DNA of 64,000 nucleotides. Source: an uncultured Bacteroidota bacterium (GTDB lineage Bacteria; Bacteroidota; Bacteroidia; Bacteroidales; UBA12077). Position 1 is the first letter of the stretch; each line of letters begins with the position of its first letter. The notes under the pieces were generated by a model. It searched no databases and was not told the DNA's origin. It saw nothing but the letters and a program-made list of their open reading frames with translations. Shown here one piece after another: positions 56,304 through 64,000 of this stretch. Position numbers and translations under genes: made by a program. The DNA is taken from positions 13,959 to 77,958 of the forward strand of contig CAJXLK010000003.1 of NCBI GenBank assembly GCA_913055635.1, given 5' to 3'.

Positions 56304-56369
56304 TCGGAAAGCAATGATTGGATCGTGGTGATTGCATCTGTTTTTTTAATCTGAAAGAAAAGCCATCTT

Positions 56370-57101
56370 ATGCCTAAAATATACGATACCATTATTTGGG
56401 GAGCCTCCCTGAACGGTTTGGAAAAAGCAGTCCGATTGCAAAAGGCGGGTCGGGATGTGCTGATATTGAATAAATTTGGTTTTCCGGGCGGAAATTTCAC
56501 TGAAGCCTTGTCCTGTCTGTCCGATTCGTCTGAATTTGCTGACCCGCCTTTTCGTCAGGACTTCAAAAAGCGTGTTGAGGCCTTGAATTTTGGGGTTCTT
56601 TATGAACAGAACCAGCAGGTGTTGATGCATCCGGAGGCCCTTAAACGGGTTGGCTGGGATATTATTAAGGACAATGGCCTGCAGGTGATTTTTCACCTGA
56701 CGCCCCTGAAAATCCAGGAGGATGATGAAAAGGTTGATTTCACCGTTTTTGGACGGGAGGGGGCTTTTACGTTTTCAACCCGGGAACTGCTTGATATGTC
56801 GGATAACCGTTTTTTATCGGCTTTCCGGGATCAACCTGATCGTTACAACAACCAGATCCGGATCAATTGTTTTTTTAAGGACTTGACCCCGGAGATGGAA
56901 GATTATTTTGGTTTTGAGACGGTTTTGGAAACCCGGGCCGGCCATTTCACCCGTTTTGTTCAATCCGGTGTTGCGTGGGATGACATTGAACAGCAATTCA
57001 ACCGGGCTTTGGATGAACTGGCCCTGGGAGCCTGGAAAAAGTTTGGGGTGCGGATGTTGATCATGCCGGTATATCCGGAATTGGCACTAAAAAGCCATTG
57101 A
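56370..57101 (+). CDS. Short, degenerate paralogue of the FAD-dependent oxidoreductase at 57872-59185 (dinucleotide-binding motif eroded)
   Basis: YDTIIWGASLNGLEKAVRLQKAGRDVLILNKFGFPGGNFTEAL aligns with YEVIIAGAGIAGVSAAIKAAAGGSRVLLIEHYPFLGGMSAAGM. GxGxxG has become GASLNG, and the DATGDG region has become DMSDNRF. The protein is only 243 aa, against 437 aa for the paralogue. Confidence 0.55.
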   Translation: MPKIYDTIIWGASLNGLEKAVRLQKAGRDVLILNKFGFPGGNFTEALSCLSDSSEFADPPFRQDFKKRVEALNFGVLYEQNQQVLMHPEALKRVGWDIIKDNGLQVIFHLTPLKIQEDDEKVDFTVFGREGAFTFSTRELLDMSDNRFLSAFRDQPDRYNNQIRINCFFKDLTPEMEDYFGFETVLETRAGHFTRFVQSGVAWDDIEQQFNRALDELALGAWKKFGVRMLIMPVYPELALKSH

Positions 57102-57183
57102 AACATCCAATGGAATGATTTTTCGCCTATAAAGGAAAGTGAATGATGGGGTATGGGGTTGTACCGGGCCCGGAGAAAAAAAT

Positions 57184-57888
57184 ATGACAATGAGAGTGAT
57201 GGTCCAGATTTTAGAACAGATAAAAGGTCGGTTGATTGTATCGTGCCAGGCAGAGGGTGCTTCACCTTTCAACAGTCCCGAAGGGGTGGCCATGTTTGCC
57301 TTGAGCGCTCAGATGGGAGGAGCTGCCGCCATTCGCAGTGAAGGGTATGAGAAAACCCGGCGCATTATACAATCGGTTGATTTGCCTGTGATTGGCCTTA
57401 AAAAATCGATGTTTGACGATCAAACCGTGCGGATTACCGGGTCTTTTGAGGAGGTCAGGCAACTGGTGCTTTCGGGGTGTGATATGGTGGCCGTGGATGG
57501 CACTTTTCGCAAGCGGGAAGGGATGAGCGGCCCTGATTTTATTCGGGCCGTCCGGCAAAAACATCAGGTTCCCATTATGGCCGATATTGCCACCGTTGCC
57601 GAAGCAGAAGCTTGCCGGGAAGCGGGAGCCGACTGTGTTTCGACCACATTAAGCGGGTATACCCCGGAGACGGCCTCTCATAAAGGTGCTGGCCCTGATT
57701 TGGAGCTGGTCGGGCACCTCTCGGATAAATTTGGCGCTCAGATGCCGGTGGTGGCCGAGGGTCGTTATCATACACCCGCGACTGCCGCGCAAGCCATCAA
57801 TAAAGGAGCCTGGGCAGTGGTAGTGGGATCCGCCATTACCCGTCCACATTTAATTACAAAATGGTTTAAAAATGCAATTGAAGGATAA
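57184..57888 (+). CDS. nanE: N-acetylmannosamine-6-phosphate 2-epimerase
   Basis: ILEQIKGRLIVSCQAEGASPFNSPEGVAMFALSAQMGGAAAIRSEG...LPVIGLKK...VAVDGT...IMADIATVAEAEACREAGADCVSTTLSGYT...PVVAEGRYHTPATAAQAINKGAWAVVVGSAITRP is a classic NanE. The ATG at 57184 is preferred over the GTG at 57139. Confidence 0.88.
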   Translation: MTMRVMVQILEQIKGRLIVSCQAEGASPFNSPEGVAMFALSAQMGGAAAIRSEGYEKTRRIIQSVDLPVIGLKKSMFDDQTVRITGSFEEVRQLVLSGCDMVAVDGTFRKREGMSGPDFIRAVRQKHQVPIMADIATVAEAEACREAGADCVSTTLSGYTPETASHKGAGPDLELVGHLSDKFGAQMPVVAEGRYHTPATAAQAINKGAWAVVVGSAITRPHLITKWFKNAIEG

Positions 57889-59185
57889 TTACGAGGTGAT
57901 TATAGCCGGAGCTGGAATAGCCGGCGTTTCAGCAGCAATAAAGGCAGCTGCCGGGGGAAGCCGTGTGCTTTTGATTGAACATTACCCTTTTCTTGGGGGG
58001 ATGTCTGCGGCTGGAATGGTTTCCCCCTTCATGAAGTCTTATGCCGGTGATCAGGAACTGGTAGAAGGGGTTTATAAACAAATTGAGAATCGGCTTCGGG
58101 AGGCCGGGGCGATGATCGATAATGGTTATTATGCATGGGCCTTTCGCGCCATTGCCAATGAACTGATCTGGCAAAACGGCGGAGAGATTGCCTTTAATAC
58201 CGACGTGGTGGATGTTCAAACCGATGGGCATCAACGCATTGAGTCGCTTATGTTGGCCACCGGCAGCGGCATGAAAAGGGTGGCCGGGCAGGTTTTTGTA
58301 GATGCCACCGGCGACGGCCAGTTGCTTGTTCTGGGAGGCTTCCCCTGGTTGAAGGGAGATGAACAAACCGGCAAGATGCAGGCCCTGACCCTGTTCTTTA
58401 GGATGGGTGGCATTGATGTGGAAAAAGTGGCTGAATATACCAAACACCATAAGGAGGATTTTTTGGAGTGGATGGATTTTAAGTATGATTTTAGCCGGAT
58501 CATATCGATTGCCGGCTTTAAAGGTCCTTTGTACCGCGCCCAGAAGGAGGGTCGTGTGGATAAAGCCCTGGAATATATCTTTTTCACTACCTTGCCGGCC
58601 ACAGGCGAGGCTTCCTTCAACACCACCAACATTGTGGGGATTGATCCGTCTACCTCTTCTGAGTTGACCCGGGCTGAAATGATTGGCCATCAGCAGGTGG
58701 CTGAGGTGGTGGATCTTTTGCAGGAGGAAATTCCCGGTTTTGGTCAGGCTTTCCTGGTAGATACCGGCGTTCAGGTGGGTGTACGTGAAACGCGGCGGGC
58801 CCAGTCGGATTATATGATGAGCGGCGATGATGTGATGAACCAGGCCCGTTTCAAAGAGCCGGTTGCCCGGGCTTCCTATGGCATTGATATCCACGATCCG
58901 GAAAAAGGACAAAGCCGCCTTGAACACCTTCAGCGGGAGGCTTATTATGAAGTGCCCAAAGGTTCCCTGATGGTGAAGGATGCTGAAAACCTGATGGTGG
59001 CCGGCCGATGTATTGGCGCTACCTGGGAAGGGCACAGTGCATTGCGGGTGCAGCCGACTTCTTCGGCTACCGGCGAAGCCTGCGGAGCCATTGCCTCGCT
59101 GGCCGTTCAAAATGCCCAATCCATCCGGCAGGTCCCTTATGTACAGTTAAAACAAAAAATACGCTTCAACCTGGAAAACCATTGA
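57872..59185 (+). CDS. FAD-dependent oxidoreductase (FAD_oxidored/PF12831-like)
   Basis: YEVIIAGAGIAGVSAAIKAAAGGSRVLLIE (GxGxxG followed by an acidic residue). Also VFVDATGDGQL and MVAGRCIGATWEGHSALRVQPTSSATGEACG. It overlaps nanE by 17 nt. Confidence 0.8.
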   Translation: MQLKDNYEVIIAGAGIAGVSAAIKAAAGGSRVLLIEHYPFLGGMSAAGMVSPFMKSYAGDQELVEGVYKQIENRLREAGAMIDNGYYAWAFRAIANELIWQNGGEIAFNTDVVDVQTDGHQRIESLMLATGSGMKRVAGQVFVDATGDGQLLVLGGFPWLKGDEQTGKMQALTLFFRMGGIDVEKVAEYTKHHKEDFLEWMDFKYDFSRIISIAGFKGPLYRAQKEGRVDKALEYIFFTTLPATGEASFNTTNIVGIDPSTSSELTRAEMIGHQQVAEVVDLLQEEIPGFGQAFLVDTGVQVGVRETRRAQSDYMMSGDDVMNQARFKEPVARASYGIDIHDPEKGQSRLEHLQREAYYEVPKGSLMVKDAENLMVAGRCIGATWEGHSALRVQPTSSATGEACGAIASLAVQNAQSIRQVPYVQLKQKIRFNLENH

Positions 59186-59209
59186 AAAGACCTAAAACCA
59201 TCAATATTT

Positions 59210-59243
59210 GGCATACATCGATGGCATACATCGATGGCATACA
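59210..59243. repeat. 13-bp tandem repeat (2.6 copies)
   Basis: GGCATACATCGAT GGCATACATCGAT GGCATACA lies in the 193-nt gap between the FAD oxidoreductase and phosphohexomutase genes. Confidence 0.85.
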
Positions 59244-59378
59244 AAACTCCCTTATAACAAGAGGGGTATCAGAAGGAATATCTAATGGCTCCACCGGTTT
59301 TGACGAGGGAACAGCCTTGAAGGGCATGATCTGCTGAATTTGAACCGGTTTCAAAACGAATCATGAATTAAGATTATC

Positions 59379-60821
59379 ATGCAACAGCAAAAAGATATAT
59401 TATTTGGCACCGACGGATGGAGGGGGGTGCTGGATGCTGAACTGAATGTTCAGAACGTAGAACGGGTTGCCCAGGCTTTTTCGGATTATATAACCGAAGG
59501 GGTTACCCATACCCCCCAAATAGCGGTTGGCTATGACGGGCGTTATCGTTCGAAGGATTTTGCGGTTGCCTTTTCCGGGGTGCTTGCCGGCAATGGCATC
59601 CGGGTGCTGCTTGCTTCGACCATTGTCCCAACACCGGTGGTGGCTTATCATACGGTTTATCAACGCTGTGATGCCGGGGTGATGGTGACCGCTTCTCATA
59701 ACCCGCCCCAATACAACGGCATCAAATTTAAGTCGCCTGCCGGGGCACCTTTGATCACTTCTGAAACGAAACGGATTGAAGCCTTTTTGGATGAACACCA
59801 ACCGCGCCGCTTGCCCGGGGAAGTCGATGAAGTGGATTTTTTAACGGATTATAAGACTCGGTTGGGGCAGCTGATTGATTTTTCCGCCATTTACCGGAGC
59901 GGTATGAAAATGGCCATTGATTCCATGGCGGGTGCCGGAGGTCATCTTTTAAGCGAATTGTGCTCAGCCCATCATATTCCGGCCAGCGGCATCTATCAGC
60001 AGCCCGCGCCCGATTTTGCCGGCCGGCAGGCCGAGCCCATTGAGAAGAACCTGCAGCCCCTGGCCCGTTTCCTGAAAAACGGCGATTTTACACTGGGCGT
60101 GGCTACCGACGGAGATGCCGACCGGCTGGGGGTCATGACCGAACAAGGCCAATGGATGAACGTTCAGGAAACCATTCTTTACCTGGCTCAATATGTGAAA
60201 ACCCAGCGGCGCTTACCCGGGGGGCTGGTTAAAACCCTTTCGGTCACCGACAAGATGATTGCCCTGGCCAAACAGCAACAGGTGGCTTTTAGGGATGTAC
60301 AGGTGGGATTTAAATATGTGGCTGAAAGCATGATGGATATTCAGGCCGCTTTTGGAGCTGAAGAGTCCGGTGGTTTTGGCTTCGGAGATCACCTGCCCGA
60401 GCGCGACGGTATATTTTCGGCTTTGCTTTTTGCTGAAATGCTGGCCAATTCAGGGCATTCCAGCCTGTCAGACTTCATTGAGGCCAAACGCAAGGAGTGG
60501 GGCCCTGTCTACTACGACCGGGTGGATATGCAATATACCGGTCAGGACCGCTTTCAGTTGCTACAGAATTTGTACCATGTCCCGCCAGTGCAGATTGGCG
60601 ATTTTCCGGTGAAGGAGCTCCTTCACCATTGCACCAGCCGGGGTGTGATCAACAGCCTGAAGTTCTACCTGGAAGGTGAACCCCGGTGGCTCTTGATCCG
60701 CATATCAGAAACAGAACCTGTGGTGCGCATTTATGCCGAGGGCCGAAGCTTTGCGGAAGTTAAACAGCTTTTAGACGAAGGCCGCCAGCTGATACAAATG
60801 CCCGGCAAAGGAGATGGATGA
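59379..60821 (+). CDS. alpha-D-phosphohexomutase (phosphoglucomutase/phosphomannomutase/phosphoglucosamine-mutase family)
   Basis: FGTDGWRG. Active-site Ser loop: GVMVTASHNPPQYNGIKF. Mg site: GVATDGDADRLGV. Sugar loop: GAEESGGFGF. Confidence 0.88.
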   Translation: MQQQKDILFGTDGWRGVLDAELNVQNVERVAQAFSDYITEGVTHTPQIAVGYDGRYRSKDFAVAFSGVLAGNGIRVLLASTIVPTPVVAYHTVYQRCDAGVMVTASHNPPQYNGIKFKSPAGAPLITSETKRIEAFLDEHQPRRLPGEVDEVDFLTDYKTRLGQLIDFSAIYRSGMKMAIDSMAGAGGHLLSELCSAHHIPASGIYQQPAPDFAGRQAEPIEKNLQPLARFLKNGDFTLGVATDGDADRLGVMTEQGQWMNVQETILYLAQYVKTQRRLPGGLVKTLSVTDKMIALAKQQQVAFRDVQVGFKYVAESMMDIQAAFGAEESGGFGFGDHLPERDGIFSALLFAEMLANSGHSSLSDFIEAKRKEWGPVYYDRVDMQYTGQDRFQLLQNLYHVPPVQIGDFPVKELLHHCTSRGVINSLKFYLEGEPRWLLIRISETEPVVRIYAEGRSFAEVKQLLDEGRQLIQMPGKGDG

Positions 60822-60993
60822 CTGCTGATGATGGACAAACTTGTTATAAGCCAGGGGAATATGGCCTGTATAAAGCAAGAAAAAAATATTCAAATAGATC
60901 AATCAATATGTGAATCGGAAGTAAGGATTTGAGGAAGCCCATTGGCAATAAACAATCAAGAAAACAAAAGCAATGAAGAATTTATAAGCAACT

Positions 60994-62346
60994 ATGGTTG
61001 AATCTGTTGAGCATATATTAAAGAGGTTGAGGCAGGATGGACGGGAATATGCGGTGGTGAGCAATCCCTCGTATATCTTTCCTCCCGAAGAATATTATCC
61101 TTTGGCCCGGCCTGTTAAGCATGTAGAGCATTTGAAGGCGGTGTTGATGGATATGGACGGCACCACGACCACTACCGAGGAGTTGTGTATCTATGCCCTG
61201 GATGAGATGGTGAGGCGCATGAGTGGTGTACCTAAGCGGGAAGCATGGCAAGGATTGGATCGCGAGCGGGATTATCCCCACATCATTGGCAACAGCACCA
61301 CCAAGCATGTGGAATACCTGATTAGCACCTATGAAGAGATGCTGGATGAGGATGCTGCCCGGCGTGAGTTTCTCCGGGCTGCGGTTTGGACCCTGACACA
61401 GGGCAGAGATGCCCAGAGGCGGCAGGAGGTAAGACAGAATTTGATCAATCTTGGCCTGTCGCGTCTGATAGACTGGATTGAAAATGGGGGCTCCGATGAA
61501 GATGAACTGATGGCTTATGCCGGTCATATGCCCGCCATGTCATTTGGCTGGATGGTAAACCTGGGCATTGACATTTATTACCAGGTTTATCATCAAATGC
61601 TGGCCCTTTTGAATGAAGGGCAAGGAGAGGAATTGCGTCAGCACCTTTTTGGATCTGAGGCCAAAGACAGGCACCTGATTGCACCCATGGCGGGCATACC
61701 TGTTCTTTTGCCGTTGCTGAAGGGATGGCTGGGCTCATCTGCCCCTTTGGTATCCAGTGAGCTGATAGACCACTATCAACATTCCCTTGGTCGCGAGCTA
61801 TCAAAGGAGGAACAAACAGAGGCAGTCAGGCGGCTTACTTACCTGGCGCGTTACTTTGAGCAGTATCCGGTGAAGGTAGGCCTGGTTACCTCTTCCATCC
61901 ATTATGAGGCGGATGTGGTTATCCAGGAGGTGTTCCGGGTAATCCGCAGCTTTCTGGAATCGGCCCGGCTGCCCGAGCAGAAGAAACAGTTCCTGATGGA
62001 ACGCTTCAATGACTATCGCCATTTTTATGATGCCTTTGTTACGGCCTCTGATTCCAGTGAGATCAGGTTGAAACCCCATCGTGATTTATACAGCCTGGCC
62101 CTTCACCAGCTTGGCCTCTCACCACAGCACTTTGATCAGGTGGTCGGCTTTGAGGACAGCCAGAGTGGTACAGTGGCCATCCGTGCAGCCGGCATCGGCT
62201 GTTGCGTGGCCGTGCCCTTTGCCCAATCTTCAGGCCATAACTTCGAAGCGGCTGTCCATTCACTTCAGGGCGGCATCCCCGAAGCCCTGCTCCATCATCA
62301 ATTATTTATGAACCTGCAAGCAAAACAGAAATTACATTATGAATAA
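60994..62346 (+). CDS. HAD-superfamily hydrolase/phosphatase (beta-PGM-like subfamily IA) with unusually large cap insertion
   Basis: Motif I: AVLMDMDGTTTTTE. Motif II: VGLVTSS. Motifs III/IV: KPHRDLY...GFEDSQSGTVAIRAAG. About 230 residues lie between motifs I and II, and total length is 450 aa. Confidence 0.65.
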   Translation: MVESVEHILKRLRQDGREYAVVSNPSYIFPPEEYYPLARPVKHVEHLKAVLMDMDGTTTTTEELCIYALDEMVRRMSGVPKREAWQGLDRERDYPHIIGNSTTKHVEYLISTYEEMLDEDAARREFLRAAVWTLTQGRDAQRRQEVRQNLINLGLSRLIDWIENGGSDEDELMAYAGHMPAMSFGWMVNLGIDIYYQVYHQMLALLNEGQGEELRQHLFGSEAKDRHLIAPMAGIPVLLPLLKGWLGSSAPLVSSELIDHYQHSLGRELSKEEQTEAVRRLTYLARYFEQYPVKVGLVTSSIHYEADVVIQEVFRVIRSFLESARLPEQKKQFLMERFNDYRHFYDAFVTASDSSEIRLKPHRDLYSLALHQLGLSPQHFDQVVGFEDSQSGTVAIRAAGIGCCVAVPFAQSSGHNFEAAVHSLQGGIPEALLHHQLFMNLQAKQKLHYE

Positions 62347-64000
62347 GTACAGCAACGATGTGTTTCACGTCATTTCCAATACCCACTGGGACCGGGAATG
62401 GAGACTGGCTTTCCAGCGTAACCGGCAAAATCTGGTCGATATGATCGATTCAGCCCTGGAAATACTCGAGAATGAGCCTGAATACAGAGCCTTTCACCTG
62501 GACAGCCAGTCGATCGTTCTGAAAGATTACCTGGAGATCAAACCGCAAAATGCCGAAAGGATCAGACGCCTTGCCCGTGAAAAGCGTTTGCTGCACGGAC
62601 CCTGGTACATCCTCCCGGAAGAATTTCAGGTGGGTGGGGAAAATCTGATCCGCAACCTATTGCGGGGCCACCAGGTGAGCAATGAATATGGCGGGGTGTC
62701 TAAGATTGGCTACTCCCCCTTTTCCTGGGGTCAGATTTCGCAGTTGCCCCAGATTTATAATGAATTCGATATCAACCTGATTATGTTTTACCGGGGCATT
62801 AATGCCCAGGACAGTCCTCAGGCCGAATTCATCTGGCGGGGGCCTGACGGCACCGAGATGATCTCTTCCCGCTTTTCTACTTTCCCCCGGTACAACTTTT
62901 TCTTCTACATCTACCGGCCGGTGGCCCATAACGAAAAATTTTCGGATACCCGCCAGCAATGGGATGAGGATACCCTCTTTCATCTTGCCGACAACCTGCA
63001 GTACGACGAGGATTATACCATCATTTCACCCCACACCGAATACCACCCGGAACACATAGAAGAGCAGACGCGCAAGCTGATTGATGATCAGTATGAAGAT
63101 TTTACCACCCCGCACAGGGTCTGGATGGAAGGTCATGATGCCTCCGGTCCCAATATTCAGACGGCAAGGATCATCAAAGACATCCGCGAAAGGATGCCCC
63201 ACGTCCATGTTAAGCATTCCACCCTCGAAGCGTATGCTTCGGAGCTGTACCATTCGGTTGACCGCAATGCCCTGAAAGTGGTGGAGGGCGAGCGGCGAAG
63301 CGCCCAAAACAACTACCGTTGCTGGAACCTCTACGGATATACCACTTCAGCCCGCATGTACCTGAAGCAAATGAATTTTGATGTAGAGCGTTGGATTCAG
63401 TATTATGCCGAACCCTTCAATATTTTTTCCTGGCTTTTGGGCCGCGACATCAACGATCAGTATCCCGAGCAGGCCTGGGAATTTTTGATTCAGAATTCGG
63501 CCCATGATTCCATTGGTGGCTGTTCCCTCGACCGCATCCATGAGGACATGGTCAATCGCTATAAACAGTCGTTGGAGATCTCCAGGGGTTTGTTTGAGCG
63601 GGCTTCTTCCTACCTGGTGGGTCAGTTGAATACCACCCGGTTCCCGTCCCTTGAGGGGGGCCAGGAGCAGAACGGCATCTTTTTGACACTGATCAATCCT
63701 TTGAATGATCGCCGTACAAGAATCGCAGAAGCTTATGTGGATATCCCTAAAGAGAGCGATCAGGGGGATTTCCGTTTGATGGATGCCGACGGTGTGGAGC
63801 TGGATAAGGAAGTGCTGGAGCGTTCAGCCTTTATGCCGGTGGTAGAGCAAATGATCAACCGGCCCAAATACCTGGAGATGATGCGTTATCATGTTCTGAT
63901 CAAGGCAGAAGGAGTGCCCCCTTATGGGCTGAAGGCTTATCATGTTCAGCCGGCTGTACCTGGTGCTGAACAACCTTCTCAGCAAGACCGGGAGCTTTAT
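62339..64000 (+). CDS. Cytoplasmic GH38-family (MngB-like) protein, 3' end beyond window; nucleophile Asp of P-D-x-F-G replaced by Phe (not in supplied ORF track)
   Basis: The ATG at 62339 overlaps the HAD stop by 8 nt, and the frame is open for 554 codons to the window end. MNKYSNDVFHVISNTHWDREWRLAFQ (GH38 metal site); KRLLHGPWYILPEEF; NSAHDSIGGCS. At the nucleophile position it reads KIGYSPFSWGQISQLPQIY, where the secreted paralogue in this window reads DYMLPDCFGFQAHLPSVW. Confidence 0.85.
   Translation, partial: MNKYSNDVFHVISNTHWDREWRLAFQRNRQNLVDMIDSALEILENEPEYRAFHLDSQSIVLKDYLEIKPQNAERIRRLAREKRLLHGPWYILPEEFQVGGENLIRNLLRGHQVSNEYGGVSKIGYSPFSWGQISQLPQIYNEFDINLIMFYRGINAQDSPQAEFIWRGPDGTEMISSRFSTFPRYNFFFYIYRPVAHNEKFSDTRQQWDEDTLFHLADNLQYDEDYTIISPHTEYHPEHIEEQTRKLIDDQYEDFTTPHRVWMEGHDASGPNIQTARIIKDIRERMPHVHVKHSTLEAYASELYHSVDRNALKVVEGERRSAQNNYRCWNLYGYTTSARMYLKQMNFDVERWIQYYAEPFNIFSWLLGRDINDQYPEQAWEFLIQNSAHDSIGGCSLDRIHEDMVNRYKQSLEISRGLFERASSYLVGQLNTTRFPSLEGGQEQNGIFLTLINPLNDRRTRIAEAYVDIPKESDQGDFRLMDADGVELDKEVLERSAFMPVVEQMINRPKYLEMMRYHVLIKAEGVPPYGLKAYHVQPAVPGAEQPSQQDRELY

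Noticed and set aside
57929-59119. 396-aa ORF antisense to the FAD-dependent oxidoreductase gene
   Set aside because: The plus-strand frame carries an unambiguous GxGxxG FAD fold and family motifs. The antisense product is His/Gly/Pro-rich, has no recognisable motif or signal, and mirrors the codon structure of the real gene. It is a typical shadow ORF.

Overview
This is a Bacteroidota-style chromosomal segment: SusC/SusD pairs, many lipoproteins, AT-rich promoters with TAnnTTTG-like boxes, and no Shine-Dalgarno sites. No rRNA, tRNA, CRISPR array, transposase or integrase was seen.

Layout:
- Positions 1-15,000 are mostly housekeeping. They hold a SusC-like receptor truncated at its 3' end, an orphan LytTR response regulator, a TPR lipoprotein, a CcsBA cytochrome c synthase, a ROK glucokinase, a decayed three-gene remnant, asnA, an NTF2-like protein and a C69 dipeptidase.
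- Positions 15,400-64,000 form one large glycan-utilisation supercluster.
  - An operon of secreted enzymes: an unknown TIM-like protein, an AGE-family lipoprotein, a clan GH-A hydrolase, a 1,282-aa GH38 and a GT9-like protein.
  - PUL-1: SusC, SusD, a surface lipoprotein and two UPF0748/GHL10-like lipoproteins.
  - A hexosamine island: a ROK regulator, an HGSNAT-like acetyltransferase, a ROK kinase and a NagB-LmbE fusion.
  - PUL-2, with the same module built on a different SusC/SusD pair.
  - A cytoplasmic block: an IT-superfamily permease, a hydantoinase-like ATPase, two FAD-protein paralogues, NanE, a phosphohexomutase, a large-cap HAD protein and a GH38.

The supplied ORF track misses two edge-truncated genes, which I read directly: the minus-strand SusC at 1-2800 and the plus-strand GH38 at 62339-64000.

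Most notable observations:
1. Two tandem Asn-codon-rich mini-ORFs, each with an antiterminator and a terminator, lie immediately upstream of asnA. This looks like an asparagine-sensing leader-peptide attenuator.
2. Two PULs have UPF0748/GHL10-type proteins as their only candidate endo-enzymes, coupled to a hexosamine/ManNAc-6-P pathway.
3. The cytoplasmic GH38 has Phe where the catalytic nucleophile Asp of the P-D-x-F-G motif should be. It sits in an operon with nanE.
4. Several intergenic repeat and operator-like elements are shared between promoters.

All family calls come from motif recognition by eye. No searches were run.
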